A stretch of DNA of 64,000 bases. Origin: Actinomycetota bacterium. Lineage in GTDB: Bacteria > Actinomycetota > Acidimicrobiia > Acidimicrobiales > Ilumatobacteraceae. The stretch is from contig JBJTCB010000016.1 of NCBI GenBank assembly GCA_046091605.1, forward strand, positions 2,593 to 66,592. The letters are read 5' to 3'. This document shows positions 30,228 through 38,385 of this stretch, piece by piece; the first letter of the stretch is position 1; each line of letters starts with the position of its first letter. Position numbers and translations under genes: made by a program. The notes beneath the pieces were generated by a model, which saw nothing but the letters and a program-made list of their open reading frames with translations, was not told the origin of the DNA and ran no database searches.

Positions 30228-31153
30228 CCTACACGTTGGGACTCCACGAACTGGCCGAGGGCTGCCACGCCTATCTCCAGCCCGACGGCGGGTGGGGATG
30301 GTCGAATGCGGGGCTCGTGGTCGGTGACGGACAGTCCCTGCTCGTCGACACGCTGTTCGACCTCAAGATCACCCAGCGGATGCTCGATGTCATGGGTGCT
30401 GCAACCCGGACCGCGCCGATCTCCACGGTGGTCAACACGCACGCGAACGGCGACCATTGCTACGGGAACCAACTGGTGCGCGACGCCGAGATCATCGCCT
30501 CGGCCGCCACCGCGCACGAGATGACAGAGGTGCCCCCGGCGATGCTGGCAGCGCTCAACAATGCTCCGGGCGAGGTGGGTGATCTGTTCCGCAGGTTCTT
30601 CGGCGAGTTCGACTTCGACGGCATCGAGCCCGCGCTCCCGACCCGCACGTTCACGGGCCGGTTCGAGTTCGAGGTGGGCGGTCGCCAGGTCGAGCTGGTC
30701 GAGGTGGGTCCGGCGCACACACGCGGCGACACGCTCGTGTTCGTGCCCGACGCCAAGGTGGTCTACACCGGCGACATCCTCTTCATCGGGGGCACGCCCA
30801 TCGTGTGGGTGGGGCCACTCGAGAACTGGATCGCGGCGTGCGACTTGATCTGTGCGGCCGATGTCGACCACATCGTGCCCGGGCACGGCCCGCTCACCGA
30901 CAAGGCCGGGGTCGTGGCGATCCGCGACTACCTGGCGTTCGTGGTGCGCGAGGCGACCGACCGCTTCCACGGCGGGATGGATGCATGGGACGCCGCGCGT
31001 GACATCGCCCTCAACGGCTTCGCCGAGTGGGGCGAGCACGGCCGGCTCGCGGTGAATGTCGACACCGTGTACCGCACGCTCGACCCCGCCCACAAGAGCC
31101 CCGATGTGGTCGAGCAGTTCCGGCGCATGCACGCCATGGAGATGCCCGGCTAG
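30224..31153 (+). CDS. MBL-fold metallo-hydrolase
   Basis: ATG 30224 overlaps the preceding stop (ATGA). The metal motif is NTHANGDHCYGN (HxNxDH variant), and downstream PGHGP and His/Asp ligand contexts are present. Confidence 0.85.
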   Translation: MTYTLGLHELAEGCHAYLQPDGGWGWSNAGLVVGDGQSLLVDTLFDLKITQRMLDVMGAATRTAPISTVVNTHANGDHCYGNQLVRDAEIIASAATAHEMTEVPPAMLAALNNAPGEVGDLFRRFFGEFDFDGIEPALPTRTFTGRFEFEVGGRQVELVEVGPAHTRGDTLVFVPDAKVVYTGDILFIGGTPIVWVGPLENWIAACDLICAADVDHIVPGHGPLTDKAGVVAIRDYLAFVVREATDRFHGGMDAWDAARDIALNGFAEWGEHGRLAVNVDTVYRTLDPAHKSPDVVEQFRRMHAMEMPG

Positions 31154-31881
31154 TCGGCCGATGCAGCAGGGGCGCGCAGTGATCGTCGCGCCGCGACCAG
31201 CCATCCAGCTGCGGCGACGAGCGAGAAGAAGAACCACTGGAAGGCATACGACAGGTGCGGGCCCTCGTCGGGCTCGGGCAGCGGGATCACCGCCGGCCAG
31301 TCGCTCGCGACCCGCGGTGACTGATCCGCCAACTGCACCCACATCGGCACCGCATCGGCACCGAGGTGTCGGGCAATGAGCGACACATCGAGCCTCTGGT
31401 ACTCGGTCGTGGCCGCATCGCTCGAGTCGACCGCACCGAGTGGACCGCGCCGCTCGGAGGGGCGCAGGTAGCCCGCGACGGTCACCGTGCCCTCTGGGGC
31501 CGACACGATCTCGGTGAGGGGCGCGAACCCACGGTTCACGAGGAGGATACGGCCATCTGCGAGACGCACCGGCACGATCGAATGCGTGCCGGCGACGCCG
31601 TTGGCCGACCGGTTCAGCACCGTCACGGCGCCGTCGGAAACCCAGGTGCCCGCTGCCGTCACGCGCCGCCACTCGAGCGAGTCATCGGGCCCGGTCCCTG
31701 CCGGGAGCACCGTGGAGAGTTCGGCAACCGGGGCCGCACTGCGGGCCGCGACGGCGGCATTCACCGCACGCTTGGTGTCGAGCCGGTCGAGCTGCCAGAA
31801 CCCGAGGTTGACCATCAGTACGACGAGGCTTGCCACGAGAATGTGCACCAACAGCCATCGGGGGGTGGCGAGGCGCCTCAT
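31150..31881 (-). CDS. SURF1-family cytochrome oxidase assembly protein
   Basis: N-terminal TM helix plus LGFWQLDRLDTKRA, and C-terminal HLSYAFQWFFFSLVAAAG. The start is chosen at MRRLATPRW (31881); the ORF extends to 31929. Confidence 0.8.
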   Translation of the reverse strand: MRRLATPRWLLVHILVASLVVLMVNLGFWQLDRLDTKRAVNAAVAARSAAPVAELSTVLPAGTGPDDSLEWRRVTAAGTWVSDGAVTVLNRSANGVAGTHSIVPVRLADGRILLVNRGFAPLTEIVSAPEGTVTVAGYLRPSERRGPLGAVDSSDAATTEYQRLDVSLIARHLGADAVPMWVQLADQSPRVASDWPAVIPLPEPDEGPHLSYAFQWFFFSLVAAAGWLVAARRSLRAPAASAD

Positions 31882-31927
31882 CGATCCGAACGCTACCGGC
31901 GCCCGATCGTGCACTACCGTCGCACCC

Positions 31928-32986
31928 ATGGGGGCGCAGGTCTACGACATCGCATCGTTGGACGACGCATGGTGGAGCGAGATCTTCGCGACGCCCGTCA
32001 CCGCGGGGGAGCCGACACGCATCGGTGACGGTCTCGTGGGGATGAACCTTCGGTACCGACTCCGTGGCGAGGGTGTTCCCGGGAGCGTGGTGGTCAAGCT
32101 CGCCTCGGAGGATGCGACGAGCCGCGCCACCGGGATCGCGCTGCGCAACTACGAGCGAGAGGTGAAGTTCTACCTCGAGATCGCCGGCACCGTCGATGTG
32201 CGTGCGCCGCGTTGTCACTTCGCCGACTGGCACGCGGCCGCGGGGGACTTCGTGATCGTGCTCGAGGACATGGCGCCCGCCGAACAGGGGAACCAGATCA
32301 CCGGGTGCTCGATCGATCACGCGCGCACCGCAGTCGCCGAGCTCGCACGGCTCCACGGGCCGCGCTGGAACGATCCGACGCTGTGGGGGATCGACTGGCT
32401 GCAGCGTCGCACCGAGACCGACGGCGCCGCGCAATTGAAGGGCATCTACCAGATGGTCAAGCCGGGGTTCCTCGCCACATTCGGTGAATCGCTGCGCGAT
32501 GCGGCCGGCGATGCCGGCCCCGCTCTCATCGACGAGTTGGAGCAGTCGCTCGACGTGTTCATCGCCGCCAAGGATGAGCCCTTCACGGTGACCCACGGCG
32601 ACTACCGGCTCGACAACATGTTGTTCGCCTCCGGGGCCGGTGGCGTGCCGTGCGCTGTGGTCGATTGGCAGACACCCGGGCACGGCAACGGCATCGCCGA
32701 CCTCGCGTACTTCATCGGCGCCGGCCTCCTGCCAGAGGAGCGCAGGCGCCACGAGTGGGACCTCGTCGATCTCTACATCGATGGCGTCGAGGCCCACGGT
32801 CACCGGCTCGATCGCGACTGGGTGCGCACGCACTACCGACGAGAGGCCCTCTCGGGGGTGTTGATGGCCGTGGTGGCCTCGCAGATCGTGCAGCGCACCG
32901 ATCGCGGCGACCAGATGTTCACTGCGATGGCGACGCGCCACGCAATCCAAGCCCTCGACCACGGCTCGATCGCATTGTGCCGCTGA
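31928..32986 (+). CDS. Aminoglycoside-phosphotransferase/CHK-like kinase family protein
   Basis: VVVKLAS (Lys), HGDYRLDNMLF catalytic loop and VVDWQ. 352 aa. Confidence 0.8.
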   Translation: MGAQVYDIASLDDAWWSEIFATPVTAGEPTRIGDGLVGMNLRYRLRGEGVPGSVVVKLASEDATSRATGIALRNYEREVKFYLEIAGTVDVRAPRCHFADWHAAAGDFVIVLEDMAPAEQGNQITGCSIDHARTAVAELARLHGPRWNDPTLWGIDWLQRRTETDGAAQLKGIYQMVKPGFLATFGESLRDAAGDAGPALIDELEQSLDVFIAAKDEPFTVTHGDYRLDNMLFASGAGGVPCAVVDWQTPGHGNGIADLAYFIGAGLLPEERRRHEWDLVDLYIDGVEAHGHRLDRDWVRTHYRREALSGVLMAVVASQIVQRTDRGDQMFTAMATRHAIQALDHGSIALCR

Positions 32987-32998
32987 TCGGGGAACGGC

Positions 32999-33286
32999 TC
33001 AGGAGTTGATGCCGGTTCCGGTGGGCGGTGTGGGCCCGCGCCACTCGATGAGATCCTTGAGAAGAGAGTCCCGCTCGGGTTCGGACATGGTCGGCACCGA
33101 GGTGCAGAGGTCGTCGGGTGCCCCGACCACCCGCAGCGCAGCGAGCAGAGCGAGAACGGGTTCGTCGTCGTAGGTCGACACCAGCACCTCGACGTCCCTC
33201 TTGGTGAGGCGTCTCGCGGTGGGGGGCAACGCCGGCTGCTCGGCAGACTCCGGATGCTCTCCGGAAGATTCGCGGGCACGCGACAT
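32999..33286 (-). CDS. Small hypothetical protein (95 aa)
   Basis: This is the terminal segment of the spurious 868-aa ORF, starting at ATG 33286 (MSRARESSGEHPES...LLKDLIEWRG). I recognise no family. Confidence 0.4.
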   Translation of the reverse strand: MSRARESSGEHPESAEQPALPPTARRLTKRDVEVLVSTYDDEPVLALLAALRVVGAPDDLCTSVPTMSEPERDSLLKDLIEWRGPTPPTGTGINS

Positions 33287-33505
33287 GGTCAGCTCCAACT
33301 CCGCCCGTCGGATGGCGCCACACCGTAGCGATGCCCCGGCGCGACGGCAACCCCCGAGTTCGGCGGGAGTTCGCATCTGTCGGGGACGGCTCGCGGTTGC
33401 TACCGTCGGGCGCACATCGATCGGGGAGGGGACCTGGGATGACGTGGAACTACGGCGTGCTGTGGAAGGGGAATCGCCGAGGCGGACCCGGGACGGCCCG
33501 CGCTG

Positions 33506-35059
33506 ATGCATGGCGATCTCGTCCGCTCGTGGGGTGAGTTCCACGCGAGGTCGAACGCCCTCGCGGCCGACATGCTGGCCGCCGGTCTCGGCCCGGACTC
33601 CAAGGTCGCCCAGTACCTCTACAACTGTCCCGAATACAGCGAGTCGATCTTCGCCTCGTTCCTCTCGGGCTTCGTCCCCGTCAACACGAACTACCGGTAC
33701 GGACCGGAAGAGATCGTCTATCTCTTCGACAACGCCGATGCCGAGGCGGTGGTGTTCCACGGCGTGTTCGCCAAGTTGATCGACGGCGTGCGTGCGCGCC
33801 TCCCGCAGGTGAAGCGGTGGTACATGGTCGCCGACGAGGTGACCGAGGTTCCCGAGTGGGCAGTCGACTACGAGGCCGTGGTGTCGGTGCCGGTGGCCGA
33901 CGTCGTGCCGCCGCGTCCGTTGTCGGGCGACGACATGTTGTTCCTCTACACCGGTGGCACCACCGGTATGCCAAAGGGTGTGATGTGGCGACTCGAGGAC
34001 CTCGCCGCGGTGCTCGGGTTCGGTGGCAATCTCCTGATGGGAATCCCGCCGGCCGGGAGCATGGCCGAGGTCATCGCGCGTGTCGAGCCCGGTGGCGAGG
34101 GATCGCGGAGTCTGGTCTGTTGTCCGCTGATGCACGGCACCGGTCAGTTCTCGTCGTTCATCAATTTCGCGACCGCGGGTTGCGTGATCACACTGCCGAA
34201 TCGCAACCTCGATCCCGGGGCGATCTGGTCGACGACGCAGAACCGCCGCGTGAACGCGATCGTGGTCGTGGGGCAGGCCTTCACCGGCCCGATGCTCGAC
34301 CACCTGAACGACCACCCGGGTGCCTACGACCTGTCGAGCGTGGTGCAGATGGGATCCTCCGGTGTGATGTGGAGTCAGGAGAACAAGGAGGGTCTGCTCG
34401 AGCACATCCCCCAGATGGCCATCACCGACTCGTTCGGGTCCTCCGAGGCCGTCGGCATGGGTGCATCGGTCTCGACCAAGGGTGCACCGGCAAAGACCGC
34501 ACAGTTCGCGCTCGGGCCGAACTGTGTCGTCTTCACCGAGGACGGCCGCCGTGTCGAGCCCGGCTCGGGCGAGCGGGGACTCGTCGCGGTGGGTGGCGCG
34601 ATCCCGCTCGGCTACTACAAGGATGAAGCCAAGACCGCCGCGACGTTCCGCACCTTCGAGGGTCGTCGCTGGACGGTGCCCGGCGATTGGGCCGAGGTGA
34701 ATCCCGACGGCACCCTGCACCTGCTCGGTCGGGGGTCGGTGTGCATCAACACCGGCGGCGAGAAGGTCTTCCCCGAGGAGGTCGAGGAGACGTTGAAGAA
34801 GCACCCGACTGTGCGCGATGCGGTCGCGGTCGGTATTCCCGACCCGCGCTGGGTCGAGACGATCTGTGCGGTGGTGGAGACCGAGGGCGGGGCGACCCCG
34901 ACCCTCGAGGAACTCTCCGAGCACGTCAAGAGCCATCTCGCGGCCTACAAGTCCCCGCGTCACCTGGTGATCGTGCCCTCGATCGGTCGTGCGCCGAATG
35001 GCAAGGTGGACTACAAGCGGCTCAAGCAGCACGCGATGGACACCCTCGGCGTGAAGTGA
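33506..35059 (+). CDS. Acyl-CoA synthetase / AMP-dependent ligase (FadD-like); the 5' end is apparently frameshifted (see findings)
   Basis: AMP-binding motif LYTGGTTGMPKGV, YLYNCPEY, PVNTNYRY, and the C-terminal GRAPNGKVDYKRL. Confidence 0.9.
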   Translation: MHGDLVRSWGEFHARSNALAADMLAAGLGPDSKVAQYLYNCPEYSESIFASFLSGFVPVNTNYRYGPEEIVYLFDNADAEAVVFHGVFAKLIDGVRARLPQVKRWYMVADEVTEVPEWAVDYEAVVSVPVADVVPPRPLSGDDMLFLYTGGTTGMPKGVMWRLEDLAAVLGFGGNLLMGIPPAGSMAEVIARVEPGGEGSRSLVCCPLMHGTGQFSSFINFATAGCVITLPNRNLDPGAIWSTTQNRRVNAIVVVGQAFTGPMLDHLNDHPGAYDLSSVVQMGSSGVMWSQENKEGLLEHIPQMAITDSFGSSEAVGMGASVSTKGAPAKTAQFALGPNCVVFTEDGRRVEPGSGERGLVAVGGAIPLGYYKDEAKTAATFRTFEGRRWTVPGDWAEVNPDGTLHLLGRGSVCINTGGEKVFPEEVEETLKKHPTVRDAVAVGIPDPRWVETICAVVETEGGATPTLEELSEHVKSHLAAYKSPRHLVIVPSIGRAPNGKVDYKRLKQHAMDTLGVK

Positions 35060-35913
35060 CTCGCGCAGACGCGCTCGGGGCGCGCATCGCAGCCGCGCCC
35101 GTGCTGATGCCCGGCGTGTGGGATCCACTCTCGGCGCTCCTCGCGCGCAACGCCGGGTTCGACACAGTGTTCCTCTCGGGATTCGCCCTCGCGGGCACCC
35201 ACCTGGGGGAACCCGACATCGGCATCCTCGGCCGCGACGACGTCGCCGATGCCGCGCGGCGGGTGTGCGCACAGGTGCCGGAGGTCTCGGTCGTGGTCGA
35301 CGCCGACACCGGGTACGGCGACCCCGATGAGGTCGAGCGCACGGTCGAGCTGTGGGAGGAGGCCGGCGCGACCGGGATGTTCCTCGAGGACCAGGTGTGG
35401 CCGAAGAAGTGCGGGCACATGGCCGACAAGCAGGTGATCGAGGTCGATGAATGGCTCGACAAGTTGCGCGCGGCACTCGCGCGCCGACGCGACCTCTTCG
35501 TGACCGCGCGCACGGATGCGCGCGCCGTCCACGGACTGGCTGATGCGATCGAGCGCGCCAAGATGGCCCGCGACCTCGGTGTCGATGCGGTCTTCGTCGA
35601 GGCACCCCAGTCGGTGGGGGATCTCGAGGCGATCGCAGCCGCGCTGCCCGACACGGTTCTCGTGGCGAACATGGTCGAGAAGGGCAAGACCCCGTTGCTC
35701 ACGCCCGACGAGCTGGCCGGGCTCGGCTTCCGGCTCATCGTCTCGCCGGTGTCGGGGCTGTTGTGGGCGACGCACGCCCTCGCCGAGGGGTACCGGCACC
35801 TGCACGCAGCCGGCACGATGCGCGATGTTCTGGATCGGATCACCGGCTTCGATGAGTTCACCGACCTGGTGGGCCTCCCGAAACATCTCGCCGCCGACGC
35901 CGAGAACCGCTAG
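35056..35913 (+). CDS. Isocitrate lyase/PEP mutase superfamily protein (2-methylisocitrate lyase / carboxyvinyl-carboxyphosphonate phosphorylmutase-like)
   Basis: GTG 35056 overlaps the ligase stop (GTGA). Motifs are PGVWDPLSA, DADTGYG and WPKKCGH. Confidence 0.85.
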   Translation: MTRADALGARIAAAPVLMPGVWDPLSALLARNAGFDTVFLSGFALAGTHLGEPDIGILGRDDVADAARRVCAQVPEVSVVVDADTGYGDPDEVERTVELWEEAGATGMFLEDQVWPKKCGHMADKQVIEVDEWLDKLRAALARRRDLFVTARTDARAVHGLADAIERAKMARDLGVDAVFVEAPQSVGDLEAIAAALPDTVLVANMVEKGKTPLLTPDELAGLGFRLIVSPVSGLLWATHALAEGYRHLHAAGTMRDVLDRITGFDEFTDLVGLPKHLAADAENR

Positions 35914-35924
35914 ATTCTCCGCAA

Positions 35925-36060
35925 CGCATTAGGAGAGACCTATTGGTCCGGCAACCGGGGTGACAGCCGCACGGTGCCTCTCCGCCGTGAGGCGGAGGAT
36001 GTGGTCCCGCGAGGGGCAACAGGCCGAATGATCCCGCCCGGTGCGCAACGATCCGCGAGC
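35925..36060 (+). promoter_or_regulatory. Candidate SAM riboswitch (SAM-I/IV-like core) in the metX leader
   Basis: Element order matches the SAM-I/SAM-IV binding core. P1 5' strand is GGAGAG (35932-35937). A short hairpin ACC-UAUU-GGU follows, then CCGGCAACC, a second helix region, GGUGC, and the P1 3' strand CUCUCC (35977-35982). Next comes a GNRA-capped hairpin CUCCGCC-GUGA-GGCGGAG (35979-35996). The element lies 165 nt upstream of a methionine-biosynthesis gene. Confidence 0.45.
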
Positions 36061-36078
36061 CGAGAGGAGGGACACACG

Positions 36079-37260
36079 ATGTACGAGCCGTTCCACGGCG
36101 ACGGTCCCTATCCCGCCTCGGGCGCGTGGGTGCCCGGTGATCCCGTCGGCAACCGCAGGTTCTTCACCTTCGCCGTCGATCGTCCGTTCTCACTCGAGTG
36201 CGGCGAGCGGCTGTCCGAGGTGACCATGGCCTACGAGACCTGGGGCGAGCTGAACGACGACGCATCGAATGCCGTGCTCGTCTGCCACGCGTGGACCGGG
36301 GACAGCCATGCCGCCGGACCGGCCGGGCGCGGACATCCGACGCCGGGCTGGTGGGAGGGTGTCGTGGGTCCCGGACACGCGATCGACTCCTCGCGCTACT
36401 TCGTGGTGTGCGTGAACGTGCTCGGCGGGTGCCAGGGCTCGACCGGTCCCGCCTCGCCGCATCCTGTCGACGGCCGCCCCTATGCGCTCCGGTTCCCGGT
36501 GGTGACGATCCGCGACATGGTGCGCGCCCAGGCCCTGCTCGCCGATCATCTCGGTGTCGGGCGCTGGCACTCCGTCGTCGGGGGCTCCATGGGCGGCATG
36601 CAGGCGCTCGAGTGGGCGATCATGTTCCCGCGTCGCGTCGGCGGGCTGGCCGCGATCACCACGAACGCCGAGGCGAGCGCCCAGCAGATCGCATGGGGTG
36701 CGATCGGTCGGCGCGCGCTGTGGATGGACCCGAATTTCGCCGGTGGCGACTACTACGACGCCGGTCCCGACGGTGGCCCGTGGCGCGGGCTCGCGATCGC
36801 GCGCCAGATCGCCCAGGTGACGTTCCGCAGCGACACCAAGTTCAACGAGAAGTTCGGCCGCGGTCTCGTCGAGGGCAACGTCTTCGAGGACGGCATCGAT
36901 CTGTTCTCGCGCTTCGACGTCGAGGGATACCTCGACTATCACGGGGACAAACTCGTGCGCCGGTTCGATGCGAACAGCTACCTCTACATCGGCAAGGCCA
37001 TGGATCTCCACGACGTGGGCCGTGGTCGTGGTGGGCTCGATCAGGCCCTCGCGCGCATCGCCTGCCCGGTGCTGACCGTCTCGATCGACTCCGACATCTT
37101 GTACCCCGCCTATCAGCAGGAGTTCATCCACCAGAGCGTCGCGGGTCGTGACCAGCGCACCGAGCACGTCGAGGTCACGAGCGCCGAGGGTCACGATGGG
37201 TTCCTGATCGAGACCGTCGCGGTGGGATCGGCCGTCGAGGGGTTCCTGCGCCGGCTCTGA
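36079..37260 (+). CDS. metX: Homoserine O-acetyltransferase
   Basis: ATG 36079 follows RBS GAGAGGAGGGA. Motifs are VLVCHAWTGDSH, the nucleophile elbow GGSMGGMQALEW, and C-terminal SAEGHDGFL. Confidence 0.93.
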   Translation: MYEPFHGDGPYPASGAWVPGDPVGNRRFFTFAVDRPFSLECGERLSEVTMAYETWGELNDDASNAVLVCHAWTGDSHAAGPAGRGHPTPGWWEGVVGPGHAIDSSRYFVVCVNVLGGCQGSTGPASPHPVDGRPYALRFPVVTIRDMVRAQALLADHLGVGRWHSVVGGSMGGMQALEWAIMFPRRVGGLAAITTNAEASAQQIAWGAIGRRALWMDPNFAGGDYYDAGPDGGPWRGLAIARQIAQVTFRSDTKFNEKFGRGLVEGNVFEDGIDLFSRFDVEGYLDYHGDKLVRRFDANSYLYIGKAMDLHDVGRGRGGLDQALARIACPVLTVSIDSDILYPAYQQEFIHQSVAGRDQRTEHVEVTSAEGHDGFLIETVAVGSAVEGFLRRL

Positions 37261-37271
37261 GCCGTCGCTGC

Positions 37272-37637
37272 TCAGCCGTTCACGTGCGGGCTGAGCGCAC
37301 GGTCGAGGGCGGAGTCGCGCCGTGTCCGCACCAGGACGATGTCGTCGGGCCCGAGCGTGAACACCGCATGGGACTCGTCGCGGTCGACTGCGACCACCCA
37401 CCATTGTCCCGACAATTGGCTGCGGGCGAGGAACGATTGGCGCAGCGTGACGCGACCATCACGGAGTCGGCCGTGCACGCGCGTCCACCGGGCGGCCGAG
37501 CCGGTGTCGGGTCGGCATGCATAGGAGATGAACCGCGACCCGTCGCGCGAGACCCATTGGGGCTGACGGGGGCCGAGCCACGACACGGCGAACACGAGCA
37601 GAGCGATGAATGCGATCGATGTGAGCGCGTTCAGCAC
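37272..37637 (-). CDS. Small membrane-anchored hypothetical protein (121 aa)
   Basis: GTG 37637 (VLNALTSIAFIALLVFAVSWLG...), a single N-terminal TM helix and a soluble beta-rich domain. I recognise no family. Confidence 0.5.
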   Translation of the reverse strand: MLNALTSIAFIALLVFAVSWLGPRQPQWVSRDGSRFISYACRPDTGSAARWTRVHGRLRDGRVTLRQSFLARSQLSGQWWVVAVDRDESHAVFTLGPDDIVLVRTRRDSALDRALSPHVNG

Positions 37638-37706
37638 GGCTCCATTGTCGCAGGAACCGCGGGTGGGGAGCACGCCGGCCGCGATCGGTTCTGCGAGAAT
37701 GGGCGG

Positions 37707-38162
37707 GTGAATCCGGGTCTCGTCGCAGCCTCCGACACCACGGTGAACATCCTCGGCGGTGGTCTCGTGGCGCTCGGGCTCGTGCTGCTCGCCGTCACGG
37801 TGGTGTTCTGGCGCTCGGCGCTCGAGGATCCCGATGTGCTCGCCCCGCTCGAGGTGATGGCTGATCGTCGATTCGCCCGCGCCGACGAATCGAAGAGGTT
37901 GGCACTGCTCAACCAAGTGCGACCAGAGGGCGCCGAGCCCGTCGTGCACCACGCCGCACCGCCTGTGCTGGTGCGCGAGCCCGACTCCGAACCCGACCGC
38001 CCGTTCCGGGACCCGTTCCCCCACGATGACGATGCCGTCGATGTCCGCGAGCGTGACGGTGAACCGGTGCCCGCGATCATCGATCCGCTGCTCAGCCAGA
38101 GGGCATCGGAGACCGAGACCGAGACCGAGACCCGACCCGACCACCCACGCACAGGAGAGTGA
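37707..38162 (+). CDS. Small membrane-anchored hypothetical protein with an acidic/ET-repeat C-terminus
   Basis: GTG 37707 (or GTG 37743), TM segment GGGLVALGLVLLAVTVVFW, and C-terminal ETETETET. Confidence 0.5.
   Translation: MNPGLVAASDTTVNILGGGLVALGLVLLAVTVVFWRSALEDPDVLAPLEVMADRRFARADESKRLALLNQVRPEGAEPVVHHAAPPVLVREPDSEPDRPFRDPFPHDDDAVDVRERDGEPVPAIIDPLLSQRASETETETETRPDHPRTGE
38109..38132 (+). repeat. Hexanucleotide tandem repeat (GAGACC)x4, in frame, encoding ETETETET
   Basis: Read directly from the sequence at 38109-38132. Confidence 0.9.
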
Positions 38163-38166
38163 GACC

Positions 38167-38385
38167 ATGGCCGCCTTCGACCCGAACGAGATGATCGAGC
38201 GCTACAAGGAGCGCGCGGCCGCGGTGCGGCGCCGGCCGCTCCCGCCGGTGGCGGGGGAGGAGCGTCAGCTCTTCATCAAGCAGGCAGAGGTCGATTTCAT
38301 GGATTTTGCGATCATCGGCGACGCGGTCGCGACCGTCGAGGACGGAGTGCTCGTCCTGCGCATCGATCTGAACGCGAAGAAGTGA
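38167..38385 (+). CDS. Small hypothetical protein (72 aa)
   Basis: ATG 38167 lies 5 nt after the previous stop. Its own stop overlaps the EamA start (GTGA). The product reads MAAFDPNEMIERYKERAAAVRRRPLPP... Confidence 0.5.
   Translation: MAAFDPNEMIERYKERAAAVRRRPLPPVAGEERQLFIKQAEVDFMDFAIIGDAVATVEDGVLVLRIDLNAKK

Noticed and set aside
33287-35605. Upper part of the 868-aa minus-strand ORF 32999..35605
   Set aside because: It is antisense to the acyl-CoA synthetase and PEP-mutase-family genes. Only the last 96 codons (32999-33286) fall in otherwise unassigned DNA, and those are kept as a low-confidence small CDS.
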